This document shows positions 32,835 to 47,812 of a stretch of 64,000 nt of DNA, one piece after another. The DNA is from Klebsormidium nitens (taxonomy: Eukaryota; Plantae; Klebsormidiophyceae): NCBI GenBank assembly GCA_000708835.1, contig DF237024.1, positions 173,267 through 237,266 on the forward strand, given 5' to 3'. Position 1 is the stretch's first letter, and every line of letters begins with the position of its first letter. The notes below the pieces were generated by a model. The model saw nothing but the letters and a program-made list of their open reading frames with translations, was not told the DNA's origin and ran no database searches. The position numbers and the translations under genes were made by a program.

Positions 32835-35997
<3,163 letters not shown>

Positions 35998-36118
35998 GGT
36001 TGCTGGCGCTAAGGGCTGGAGAGATGTATGGGAGGGTGGGGCTTAGAGGGTGCGGAAGATCGACGAAGCGGGTTGGGCGATTGGAGAGGAAAGGAGGCTG
36101 GTGTTTGCAGGTGAGAAG

Positions 36119-36204
36119 GCGCCAAAGGGGACAGATTTGATGAAGCAATTTGAAATGTAGATTTGATTTGTGGACAGATGATTGAGAACCTGTTCAATTG
36201 GCGC
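36119..36204. promoter_or_regulatory. Two E2F-consensus sites upstream of PCNA
   Basis: GCGCCAAA at 36119-36126 (TTTGGCGC on the minus strand) and ATTGGCGC at 36197-36204 both fit the plant WTTSSCSS consensus, 120-210 bp upstream of the PCNA ATG. E2F control of plant PCNA is established; binding here is not shown. Confidence 0.55.
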
Positions 36205-36954
36205 TACATAGGTAGCCTATAGGTAGCTGCACGCAGCCTGCAACAGCCTGTACCTATGCAGATTTTCAGCGGAAAAAGTTGGAAGTCTTCCCGCGAGATC
36301 CTCTACCGTCCCTGTTCCTCAGAACCTTCACCCGCTGGCTTTTTATTCTCCCGGGCATTTTCAAAACCACTTTAGAGAGGCCGGTACAGAGCTTCTCTGA
36401 TCGCTCCGCTTGGAAAGCCTTAGTATCATGCAGAGGAAACGTTCCCGCGCTTTCAAATACAAACCTCTGAATTTCGAAGTTTTCGTGCGCCAGAGTGTGC
36501 GCACCGCGGCCGCGATAATCTGTCGGTTCTAGCCTACTTCTAGGAGTTGGAAGTGGTTGGAAGGGCTTCCTGACTCCCGGGCTTCTCTTCTGCGTTCCCT
36601 GATGCTGCTCAGCATCTCCGCCTCATATCTGCGCGCCTGTGCCAGTGGTCTTTCTACTAGGCACCTGGTTAAAAGGACCTTTATAAGCTAGGTGCTCTTT
36701 TTGCTTTGTGAAGCACAAACCCGTGTCTTAAGTTCTGTGCTTCACGAGAGAGGCAAGAAGCCGCAGCGCTAGCAAGTTGCGCCTGGGTGAGTTGGGGTGA
36801 ACGCGCCTGATCCTTACTCTGAAAACAGAAGCGCTTGAGGCAACGTCTCTAAGGCAAGAACGGCCAACTTGTCCTGGGCATTTACAGAAGTTAGCAGTGC
36901 TCTGCTTGTTTGTAAGGGAGAACCCAAGCAGTATAATCTCAGGAAACTCCAAAG

Positions 36955-38730
36955 ATGGATCGGCTCAAGCTCCTCTCCCCCTTCAAGTCCAAGCCCGCAA
37001 AACCCCCCGCCCCCAACCCCGCCGCCCGCTTTGGCACCAGCTCTTCCAGCCGCCCCGTCTCCTCGTCACAGCCCAGCAGACCCGCACCACCCCCATTAGC
37101 CATGGAAACCCCTGCGCCAGCGGCATATGCTTACACCCCTGAACTCCGCTCCCGCCGCGACGTTCTATTCTCGCTCCTCCTGCGCTTTGCCCACTTCCTA
37201 ATCGCGCTGATTGCCTTCTCAACAATGGCAGCGAGCAAGCAGACGTTCACATTCCATACGGGGTTCACGGAGCTTTCGCCCACGATCCAGTTTAGTGACT
37301 ACGTGCCGTTCAGTTTTTTGGTGGGCACTATGGTAGTGATTGCGTGCTGGGCCCTGGTCTTGGTTGCGCTTGATGCGGTGGAGCTGATGACGGGCAGGGC
37401 GCTAGCCTTCCGGTGGAAGACGTGGGTCTGGCTCACGATTGATGCGGTAAGTGACAAGTGTCAATATTACTTTTCTCTGACAAGAGGGAGCCCACTTCTC
37501 AAGAGTCCTTTCTAAAAGCCTTTGGTAGAATGGTATGAAGACTGGGTCGGATGTGTGTTTGGTGCGGTCAGGAAGCTCCAGATGCATATTGCAACTGGTG
37601 AAGTACAGGCCTTGAGGAACTCGACAATATGGGCCGCTTCCTTGATCACTTTCATCTCAGTCCATGCCTCAAATCCGCGCAGGAAAGCTGTGGGCTTGGA
37701 AAAAGTTGTATGATCAGCAGGTCGTTGGTGTGACTTGTGGGTGCTGCGAAAAAGGTGTTCCCTTCCTGATAACCACCCTTGTAAAAACAGAAAAGCTTCT
37801 GAGCGTCTGGCAGGCCACTCGAGCTTCAACATGCTGTTCTTTGGTCATTTACGATTGACTGCTTAAGACTAACTGCTTAAGACTAATTATGTCTTCTCTC
37901 AATCTGCTCGTAAGCTCACATGTCACTTGCACAGGAATAGGACTTCGGTGCTGTTTACTTGATGGCCTTCATTTTTGCAATTGACTTTCGCCGCGCTTTG
38001 ATCGTGCGCAGTGCCTTATCTCACATTGACGTTATCAACGCTGAGCAGTATAGTTTGACCTCCTTGCCAGTCGCAGGCTCCTTCATCACGTTCAATGCAA
38101 CTTCAAAGCGGATTTTTTACGTTGAAGTGACCTCAGTCAACACTCACATCCGAGCACCATGGTTTGCAAGTTGGCCGACCAGAAAAAGACGCAGATTCTT
38201 CGGGATCTTTAGAAGCCATCAGCAGCTACTTCAGCTGGACAGAATCTTTCTACCTAGCGGCTCGAATGCGGGAAATACTTTCTTGTGTGTAGTGACCTCT
38301 TCACAAGGTCAGTTTCGAGTCTATAACTCACTGATCCATCCAAGGTTCTGGTCACAATCAATTGTATCTTGCATCATCGCCGATCAGGTTCATCATCATC
38401 TGCAGCACTCCCCGTAAACCTGCTCAAGTCAAAGACCCCCAAAACCCGTTTTGCAAAAGTGCTTTCTCATTTTCAGGCACTACTCCCTTGCCGCAATACC
38501 ATTCTTCTCTTTCCACTTGGCAGATCCTGACTCTCCTCTCCTTCGGCGCCGGTTGCGCCGCTCTTGGAGTCACCTCTATCAAGGGCTTGGTCTGCGATAC
38601 TCAGTACAGCGCTAGTCAAAGTTTCTGTATTCATGCTAAGATCGCGGGCTCTCTAGCTTTCATAGAGTGGGCCGCCATGCTGCCGTCTGTCACGGGTTCA
38701 CTAATGACTGTCTTGCGAGAAAGCCTGTAA
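36955..38730 (+). CDS. CASPL: CASP-like (CASPL/MARVEL, DUF588-type) four-transmembrane protein
   Basis: Exons 36955-37446 (GTAAGT donor) and 38524-38730. A Pro/Ser-rich N-terminus is followed by four hydrophobic segments with Arg in TM1 (LLLRF), Asp in TM3 (LTID) and an FC motif before TM4. Confidence 0.8.
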
Positions 38731-40822
38731 ACAAGCGGCCTCTCCTAGTCTTGAAAAATCTTGACAAGAATCTTGATAACGAGCACAGCTGAGATCTTTG
38801 CATCTCTTTAAACATCTCTTGGAATGAGCTTGCCGATCCAGGTTATGGTGCACTCGGCATGGTTACTGAGACACATTGATGCTGTGTTCTCAGCTGCGAT
38901 CGAATGGGCAAACTCGTGATGCCAAGAAGTTGGATTTATGTACTATCCTTAATCATGAGGCACGCACTGCCTGGCAATTCAGTTTTTTGAATTAACAATC
39001 ATGTACAAATTGCCTAGTCGTGAGTCTAGCTGTTTCAAACTTTCTGAGTCTGGTTAAACAGGGCCTAGGCGCACAATCAGATTGTAGCTAGGACTTTCCA
39101 ATCAAACAAGCTAGCTCCGTTCGCGCGCAACAAATCGTACACACCGTGGCAACTTGGTTTCACAGCTCTTTGATTCAACTTAAGTGGCTTTCTATCGATC
39201 TAGCTTTCTTTCGATGTTTTATATAACATCGAATGCGCTGATTATACTTACGTCATGCAGTATCCGCATGTTGGGCCAGGGGCCCGCACCATTTTTTTGA
39301 ACATCTATGCAGTGCCACCGCTGTGGAACGCTTGAGTGCATATGCGCGGCCGGCCTGGAATCAAATGTGGTTCAGAGCCTGTATATATTCACATGAAGTG
39401 CTCGATTGTTAGAAAAGGGCCGCCAATAAGAATCATAATGAGACATTACGGCACTAGTGGTCTTGAAATGCAGGCTAGATTGAGCACGCGGCCCATGTTA
39501 TTGAATGTCACCTTGTGTAAAGTTCAGCAAAAGGTTGGGGATCGAAAGCAGGGGGAAATCAGTTTGAGTGACCAGTCTGAGGACATCACGCTGAGTCATA
39601 GCTGGGGCCAACATACTGGCCCCTGTCCCTTCCCCTGGGACCCCTCCGCTCCCATTCCCTGCCCTCCCGCCTTTTCTACAGCCCCGTTCGTCCGCAGGGC
39701 CCTTGCGTTTCCGCTTTCTCCTCCGCTTTCCTCCCTTTTTCTGTGCGTTTTCCCCTTGCCGCTGTCGCCCCTTCCGCTTCGTTGAGGCGCTGACCGTCTC
39801 CGTGCTCAGCCCTTCCGCTTCCGTTCTTGGCACAGCCAGATCCCGTTGTCTCCCGTCCCTTTCCTGCGGGAGTTCATTGGCGGAGCGGGCGTGCACGTGG
39901 CCCCGGACCTAGAGCACTGACGATCGCCTGCGGACGCGAGAAGATGAGAGTTTTGAGTGGTGGTGATGCAGCTTCGATGCGATGCAAGAGCGCTTGCGTG
40001 TTCCTTCGCGTATAAACTGTTGTCAAACAACGGAGACAACGGGGACTCTAAACTTCGGGTATGGCGAAGGGCGGCGCCGGATGATTTGAGCGCCAGTCGA
40101 TTCAAGCGTCCCGACGGACTGCTCCCAGAATCAAAAGTTGTTTGACCGAGCAATCGTGTCACGAAAAAACTGGGAAAGAAACTACTCACGAGGCTGGCGG
40201 GTCGCCTCGTTACTGGCCGAAAACGGGTGGACATTTTGTGGAGTCGCAAAAGTCTGCTTGTCTTACAAAGACAGATTGCCCAGATGCCCAGAAGTCTGAT
40301 TCCCATCCAAAGTGACCGGAAGGATTTCTAAGGGAGAACGCTTACCACCACCAGCCTCAGTACGAAGCCAGCAAGCCGTCCAGATGCTCCGAATTAGCTG
40401 CCGGCACAGCCTGCAAAATCAAGGGAGTATGGTTTGGAAACAAGCTCGATCCATGTGAACCCGGTAGATTGGATTCGAGGGACAGAAAGCTCGGCAGAAT
40501 CTGGTCCACTATAAGCGTAAGGGCGGTTGAAACGTTGCAATCTCGCGTCGTCAACCCGTCGGGCATTCTCTAGACCGCGCATATTACTTTTTGGAGAGAC
40601 TGAAACCGTTGCAGACGACAAGCTGTTTCGCTCGGAGAGCGATATAAGCAACCCGCAAATGCCACAGCTGGCCGGGAAAAAGCGGGTACTGATCTCTACA
40701 AAAGCATTGATGACACAGCTTTGACCCGTTGCAGATCCAAGCGTGACCGCACCTCTGAAACGGACACGTATCACACCCACGGCCCTGCTTCAAAGCCTCC
40801 GCCGCAGCGCGGACTCTCGGAG

Positions 40823-40842
40823 TGACGTAACTGCTGACGTCA
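40823..40842 (+). promoter_or_regulatory. as-1/ocs-type element (copy A)
   Basis: TGACGTAA-ctgc-TGACGTCA: two TGACG octamers with the canonical 4-bp spacer. Confidence 0.6.
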
Positions 40843-43223
40843 GCTATGCTGCCGGCACTCCGCCCGTGTGACTCGTGGCTGCCTCGCTGTCAGCGCGGGT
40901 TGCATGTTGACACGACCGCTGCGAAAAGCAAGGATAAGGAGTCAGATCGGCAGAATCTGCTTGTTCCGCGCCATCTTGTGACGTAGGACTTTGCCACGTG
41001 TCTCCTCCAACTCGGGCCGTGTCTCAGCCTTCAGTGAGGGCCTCCGCAAGATGCACTGCCCATTGCCTGTTAGCTTTGATCGAATACCTTCCAAGACAAG
41101 AAACGATTCAATGTGAGAGGTACAATCAAGACTCCAGTGGGACGCCCATTCCCGTACAGAAAGGGCCGCTCTGTTCCGGAAGCTCCGTGTGAGTTCCGCT
41201 TCTGACATAATGAAAGATTCTGACGATAAGAGCTTCGTGACTCGCAACAAAAACACGGGTTCACAAATTGAAGCGTGAGAAGTGCGCTGCCAGCAGGCGG
41301 GAAAACGTCGGCAGCTTCTGAAACAGTGTGGTAGAAGTCGACAATGTCAGCTTTGACTACCAGCCATGGCAGCCGCGAACGCTTCCGCAAAACCCGGCAT
41401 GTCGGAATGGTCCACGGAGCAATTTCGCAGACTGTTCTTCACCGTTTTTCTGCGAAAGTCAGAAAGCAAGTCGAATTATGTCAGCAGACATCGCTCTTCT
41501 AGACTAGCGGCCACGTCATCCAGCTTATTTTGTTCGCCCGATCTCATTTTGGAAGCCTTCAAGGAAACCTCACCAGATCAGTTGCATGAATGCTTACCGT
41601 TGAGGCTGCTCACGGTGTGGGTCGCTCTGAACGATCTCGCCGGAGGAAGCAAGCCCTTCCAAGAACAGCTTCTGGCGACCAGTTCCCACGGCGCGCCAGT
41701 CCGTGGTCGCCAGAATGGTACAGGGACGCTGGCAGGAGGGACTTCGATCTTGGCGGCTGCGCACTTACAGACAAAAATAGCCATCGTCGATGTAGGTCGC
41801 AAGAAGATGCCTCGTGATGTTATAATGATTTTGGTTGGTCACGTTTGCAATTCAATTTATTCCTGACTGGCGATTCAGCGTTTCTTATTGGGTCCGCCAC
41901 GCGCATAGCTTTCTTCACCAAGCAAACAGCTCGACAGCGATGCATCAGCAGACTACTGAGTTCAAGATCTTCCCTTTTCCCGCGAACCGTCACTTGACTG
42001 GCCAGTTCCGCAAAGGCCCAGAGGTCGAGAGAAGCGACTTCGGCAGAGAGAAGAGGAGGGAACGAGCCTTTGAGCGTTCTTTTTTCCGACGAGCCTTCGT
42101 CCAGTCCAACCGCAATTTGCCAGAGCTTTCAACAATTTGCCAAGTTTGTTCGCGCTCTGAGCCGCAACTTGTCGGAGCCGTTGCTCGTGAGCTCAACCTG
42201 AGAAAAGTCCTTCGAGCACAACGAACTAACTCGAACACCTACCAGTTCAGCGGCTCTCCTCCACGCCCCGAGCTTTGTTGCCCCAGTCCGCCACGTGTCC
42301 ACTTCTAGAGTGCCGTTCTGGCCTGCCCCCCTCCGGTGCCAACGTCGTAACGCTAGACTGGCCGCCGCAGCTGCTTTGTTCCCCCGGTGATGTCTTCTGC
42401 GGCTCCTCTCCGCTCTCTGGTAGGAAAAAGAGAGTCTGAACATTTCCAGTTTGAACGATTCCAGCAAGCGAAGGCATGCGTTTCAACATGCGTCTTTCGA
42501 TGCTTGATCAGGTATCTTTGGCTAGGTTGGAACGAACTTTGGCCGACTCTCTGTCAAACGGAAGGTGGTCAGGATTGGTCCAACGACCGAAAGAGAACAG
42601 GAGATGCTCGATTCAACTTGGAGGCAGGAATTTGACATTATTACTTGGAGCCAGACAGGAAGCACCCTGTTTCTAAAATTGCAAGGATCAAACGGATCAA
42701 CGCTGGCAAGGATGTAGATCGGCTCCCTTGCCGTTCTTAAACCGGGCAGATTTAGGAACTTTCAGCAGCACTGAATTCAGAGCCTGCCAGTCTTGAGGAC
42801 AATCAGTACCAAAGAGCACCCCCGCATGGGCGATGTGTCGAGAACACCTCGCTCACGGTCCAATCATGCAGTAAACTCAAAGTGGAACCCCCGATGAAGG
42901 CGAGGCAACGGTAGCATCGCAGAAATGCTGTGACAATGAGACAATGACAACTGGCAGGCGGCGCAAAAGTTGCACCTATGGCTGCCCGTCGACCACTATC
43001 CTATGGCTGGAACCAATTTACAAACAGGCTACAACATCAGGAAAGAACGCACCTGAGCCTATGGCCCCATTCGTGTCCCCGGCAGCTTTCGGTCAACCGC
43101 CCATCCACCTTAGTGCGCCTCCTCTGCAGTCCAACAGCTGTTCAAGGTCCGTCTTGTCGCTTCGACCCCCCAGCCAGCGCCCCAGCCCCACCGCATTCCT
43201 TTTCTTCCTTGGCGGACTTCTGC

Positions 43224-45515
43224 TCAAGGGTCGCGCGTCCCAAACGAGCTGGCCCCAACCTGTGCTTCGCTTGCCGTGATCTCGTTGAGAACTTTGGCCC
43301 ACCGGTCCTTTATACCAGGAAGATGCACAAACGTCCTTACCACCTCCGGGTCCTCCATCAATCGCGACAGCAGAAACGTACCCATCCGCTGCATCCCCTC
43401 TACCAGCCGCATCAGTTTCTCGAGACACCCGGGAACGGCGGCTATTACCTTTCTGTTCTCGGGCGCCTCAGCCAGACAAGTCAGGACGGACACCAAGCGT
43501 CGGTTCACCGACGCTCTGTTCAGAGTCACCGTGGGGAGGTTCTCGTCCAAGGGCCCCACTCCGTCCAACGCAGCAACTAGGCGCGACACGAGGGCCGGCT
43601 CCCTCGCCATTGTCACCCGGATGGAGGACAGCGCAGCTGCGTCTGTAATCTTCTCCGCGAAGTAGAGGAGGATCTCAGCGGCCGCGCTTGCCTTGCCCCC
43701 GTCGCGACAGTAGGCGGGGAAGTCCAATAGCCCCACGAGCCCCGTAATGCAGCCAGGCAAGCGAGCGATCGCCTCCGCTTCGCCGCCCAACTTGACCAAC
43801 TGAAGCAGAACGGTCACCGCCATCAGTTGGTCCCAGCTCTCGCCGCTACTCAAAACGCTGACGAGTACCGGGAGACTCCCATCGATACCGCCTAGAGCCT
43901 TGCACGCCTCAGCATCGGCCACCAAAGCCGCCAACACACTCAGAGTTTCCCCCGCGGCGCCTCTGGAGAGCGCACTTCTGACTTGCCCAACTAATCCCTC
44001 CAGAAACCTTGGCAGGGCAACCATTGCCCGAGGCTCCGTCTCCACAAGACGCTGGAACAGCTGCAGAGCGGCCTGCCCCGAGTGCCGCTCCTTGCGCATC
44101 ATCACCGGTAACTGCTCCTCTAAGAATCTTTCGACGGCTTTCACGGCCGTGCCGTTCTCTCCATCCTAGCGGAGCCGCAGCAACAGCCTCACAGCCAGTA
44201 TCTGCTGGTTGACGCGCTTCCGAGTGTTGAGGAAAGCTGCCAGCTTCTTAAGATTCACCCGAGACCTGGCCAAAGCTTGTCTAACTTGCGCCACGTCAGT
44301 CAGATGCAGCAGGATGAACTCCAAATGATCCAAGCCGTCCATTGTATCAAAAGCGGACAACAGATATCCCAGCATCCCAGGTGTTCTGCCAACAACGCTT
44401 GCAACTTCTAACTCCAACGTCAGCTTCTCAAGCAGTAAGAGAGCAACGGGGCCTTCCGCCCAATGGTCCGAGGACACCCTAAGCTGCGCCAGGCACCCCG
44501 GCACGTCCGCAATAGCCCTCCGGTTCGCAGGCAAACCAGCCAGGTTGCTCAACAGCCTCAGCGCGGTCATCCGTCTCCTTATAATCGGTATGCTGCTACC
44601 TCCGCACGTGGTGAGCTCTACCAGCGTCCGCAAACCGTGTGGCACTAGCACGATCGCTTTCCGCGCGGCGCCGTCGATCTCGGTCATCCTCCCAAGCGTG
44701 CACAAGATCCACTCCAGTCTGGTGCTGGACGTCTCAGCGTCCGCGCTGCGCAGATAGCCCAGCAGCATACGCAGGCTCCTTGGAACAGTGACCGTTTCGG
44801 GGGACAGAACGTCGAGCCCCTCTTGCATAGTCCCCCACCAGTAGGCCTTTTTGAGGGAGCTCAAATGGAGATCCTTGTACGCGAAAGGCTCGTCGTAATA
44901 GTGAAGCTCCAGGTTTTCAAGAGCTGGAAACACCTCCGAGAAGGTCTTGAGGTAATCTGGTGGAACGGTAAATCCAAAGAGGGTTAAGGACTGGAGCACA
45001 GGGAAGGACTCCAGGGGTTTCGCAAAGTAGAAGTCAACGGGTGGGTCCTCTGGTTGGGCAGCTTCCCACAATCTGATGTGCAAGACTGTCAGCCTTTGGC
45101 ATCGCTGGAGAATTGACAGGACGCTGTGCCAGTCTACCTGGTCTGCCGGGTCTGCATCGTCCAGATACAGATGGACCTCCTCTAAGCTATTGAGAGGAGC
45201 AGGAAGGAGTGCTTGGAGAATGGCCCGCAGACTTGTAGGAGAATGTATGTGAAGAGCCAACTTTCTCAAAGCAACGGCATCCTCCCTTCTGCTTAAGGCT
45301 TGTCTAAACCCCTGCTCATCTATAGGATTGTTAATTTCTAAGTCCACTCCCTCCAAAGAAGGAAGCAAGCGTTTGAATCTCCTGCACACCACTCCCAAGT
45401 GCCGCTTCTTCCGCACTGAGTCAAAGTCGAGAGGGCTCCACAAAACTCTGTCCAGGACGTTCCTGACCAGCTCGTCAGGCAGCCTCTCAAACAGATCTAC
45501 ACCGGCAGGCTCCAT
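43224..45515 (-). pseudogene. Intronless F-box / LRR-like / ARM-like repeat gene, copy A-minus, with an in-frame TAG at 44166-44168
   Basis: N-terminal F-box-like LFERLPDELVRNVLDRVL...LGVVCRRF, LxxLxL repeats (FPVLQSLTLFGF, FPALENLELH) and helical repeats (GCITGLVGLLD, GCLEKLMRLV). ORFs 44166-45527 and 43224-44144 are in the same frame and together align to the 60350-62669 paralog. Confidence 0.8.
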
Positions 45516-45937
45516 TCTGCAAGCCACAAGGCTATGCAGGCTACAGCGCCAATTGCTTGCACAATATTAATGAACATTGCCACCACTGGCACCAGCCTCA
45601 GGCTGACTACCGTAATCAGGTCCCATGCCGCTGCGCCAGGAAGTTCTAAGCGGATTTCACCCCACAAAAACTAAATAAATTTCAAGGGATCCCGCGAAGC
45701 GCTCGCGTCGTCACTGTGACACTGTGACTGAGCAGACCGTTTGCATACTGCTGGCAGTGCTGGAGCTATCTAGAGCCTAGCTTGCTCGACAAGACTCGAA
45801 TTTGTCAAAAGCCCGTCAAAGTCTGACGTCAAAGTTCAATGACAAAGATCCTGTTTCAAAGAAATTTGAAGTCGGAGAACTTGAGAGCTGTTCATCCAAG
45901 ACGAAAGTACCTAGTTGTGTTAAGAGCAGCTGCCAGC

Positions 45938-47812
45938 ATGGAGCCCGCCACCAGTAACCCATTCGAGCGGTTGCCCGAGGACCTGGTCAGAAACATCCTG
46001 GAGCGCGCCCCTTCGAGTTTGGCGTCATGAAAGCGAAGAGGAAGTTTCATCTGGGGATGCTCTGCAAGCAGTTCTGGGAGGCGCTCCCTGCTTTGGAAAT
46101 TCTCGAATGGGAGATCGACAATGCTGATGCTGAGCAGGACTTCCTGCAATCTATGAGAGATAAGAGGGAGGGGCTCCAGTTGAAGCGGCTGGCTCTCAAT
46201 GTGGCGCACCCTAGCAAAATGCAGGGGATTCTCCAGGCCGTTACTCCCCCTGCCCGAGAAACGCTAGAGGAGGTCTACCTCTTTCTGGGTGACAAAGATG
46301 AGGAAGCTTGGGCGGACTGGCATAGCATTCTGTCCCTGCTCCAGGAGTGCAAAACCCTGGAAGTCCTTCACTTAGCCATCTGGGCGGCCGCTTCCCCTAC
46401 TTCTGGCAAGCGTGTCCTCTGGCAGTCGGATCAGATTCCTCCCAAACCCTTCCCGGCCTTGCGATCCCTCACTCTGTTTGGCTTCTCCTTCATGGGCGAC
46501 ATTGGTACTCTCCTTCAATGCTTCCCTTTGCTAGAGAGCCTAGAGCTTTTCCATCTAGAAGGCCAAAACTACAATTTGGGCTCCACACCCCTCAAAAAGT
46601 TCTATTCATGGGGAAGGGGCGACTTGGGTTTTGACGTAAGAAGTCAGGCATTGGCGAGGGTCCCATCGAGTCTAGCGATGCTTCCCGGCTTCTTGCGCAG
46701 TGCCAGCTTCGCGAAGGTATGCACGCGCACGGATGGGATTCTAAAGATGCTCAGAATGTTGTCTCGTGAGGCAGCATGTCGAACTCTGCTTGGAAAGTTG
46801 CCAGATAGTGCCGAGATGTTGGTGGGCTTTTCCTGCTGCGGGGAGGTCTCCGCTGGAAGAAGATCAGATGCACTGCAAACTCTCGACAATCTGGCTTTCT
46901 CACCGGAGGTGGCGAGACTCATCGCTCACGTACCAGGGGCCCTCGCGCAGCTAGGGGCCCTTCTGAATAACAGCACGAGGACTGTGGAAACGAAGGTAAT
47001 TGCAATAAGGTTGCTCGCCAAGCTGACTCAAAGCGACGAAGTTAGGGAGATTGCCGGGGACATGCCATGGCTTCTGGATGATTTAGTGACTGCGTTAGCC
47101 GTTGACCTCATTCCGGAAAGGGTTGCCGAGGTTCTGCTTGAACTTTGTACAGCAGCAAGGGGTCAGGGAGGCACTTGCGAAATCTGGGTTTACTCTTGAG
47201 AAGTTGGCCAGCTTTCTGAGTATGGAAAGCTCCATCAAAGTGCAGGCGGCAGCAGCAAGCATTCTGTTGCAGCTGAAGGTGGACGGCACAAAGGGGTCTG
47301 CGATGGGCAGAGTTGAGACATATTTGCAGCAGCAGTTGGACTTGATGGTGAATGGAAACGGGCTCTCCCAGTGGACCGCGCTGAAGCTGGTTGGGGCCCT
47401 TCTAACAGCTCATAGAAAGGCTTGGGCTGATGTGCCAGGACTTTTGGAGGCGTTGGTTGCAGTTCTGAAATTTCCACCCCACCTGCAGCAGGTGGGGGCG
47501 GTTGCCTTACTGCAAGTGACGCACGATGGTGAGGCTCGTATAGCGATAGCGAAAGTTCCTGGGGTGTTCCATAACCTGCTCGCGGGGCTAGACTGTTTGG
47601 CTTGTCTCAGGGTTCTGCACCGGCTGGCGCAAGATGAGGGGAACTTGTGCACAATCAAGGACACTCCCGGGTGTGTAGAAGAGGTGGAGGCGTTGCTGGA
47701 CGAGGGCGGGGTCGATGCCCTTGACAGAGGGTTGCATTCGCAGAATGAGAGGGAAGAGCTCCGAACGTTTTTGACTGAGTTCGTAGCAACTGACGGTGCT
47801 GTTGCCGAGTAA
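45938..47812 (+). pseudogene. Intronless F-box / LRR-like / ARM-like repeat gene, copy A-plus, two frameshifts
   Basis: Starts MEPATSNPFERLPEDLVRNILER. A 10-nt deletion after 46007 relative to the 63537 paralog and a second frame change near 47148 join ORFs 45839-46030, 46027-47199 and 47102-47812. Confidence 0.8.

Larger units (their letters stand above)
40290..47812. repeat. Segmental duplication copy A (paralogous to ~57280-64000+, offset ~17.0-17.6 kb)
   Basis: Colinear matches include cccagaagtct 40287/57283, the ocs element 40823/57823, SFV.RNKN codons 41231/58245, gaagcaccctgtttcta ~42660/59690, the minus F-box genes and the plus F-box genes. Confidence 0.85.

Noticed and set aside
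44166-44168. Programmed stop-codon readthrough or RNA editing at the internal TAG
   Set aside because: The context TAG GAT is not a known leaky context (e.g. TAG CAA TYA), and the paralog has CGG, so simple mutation is more parsimonious.
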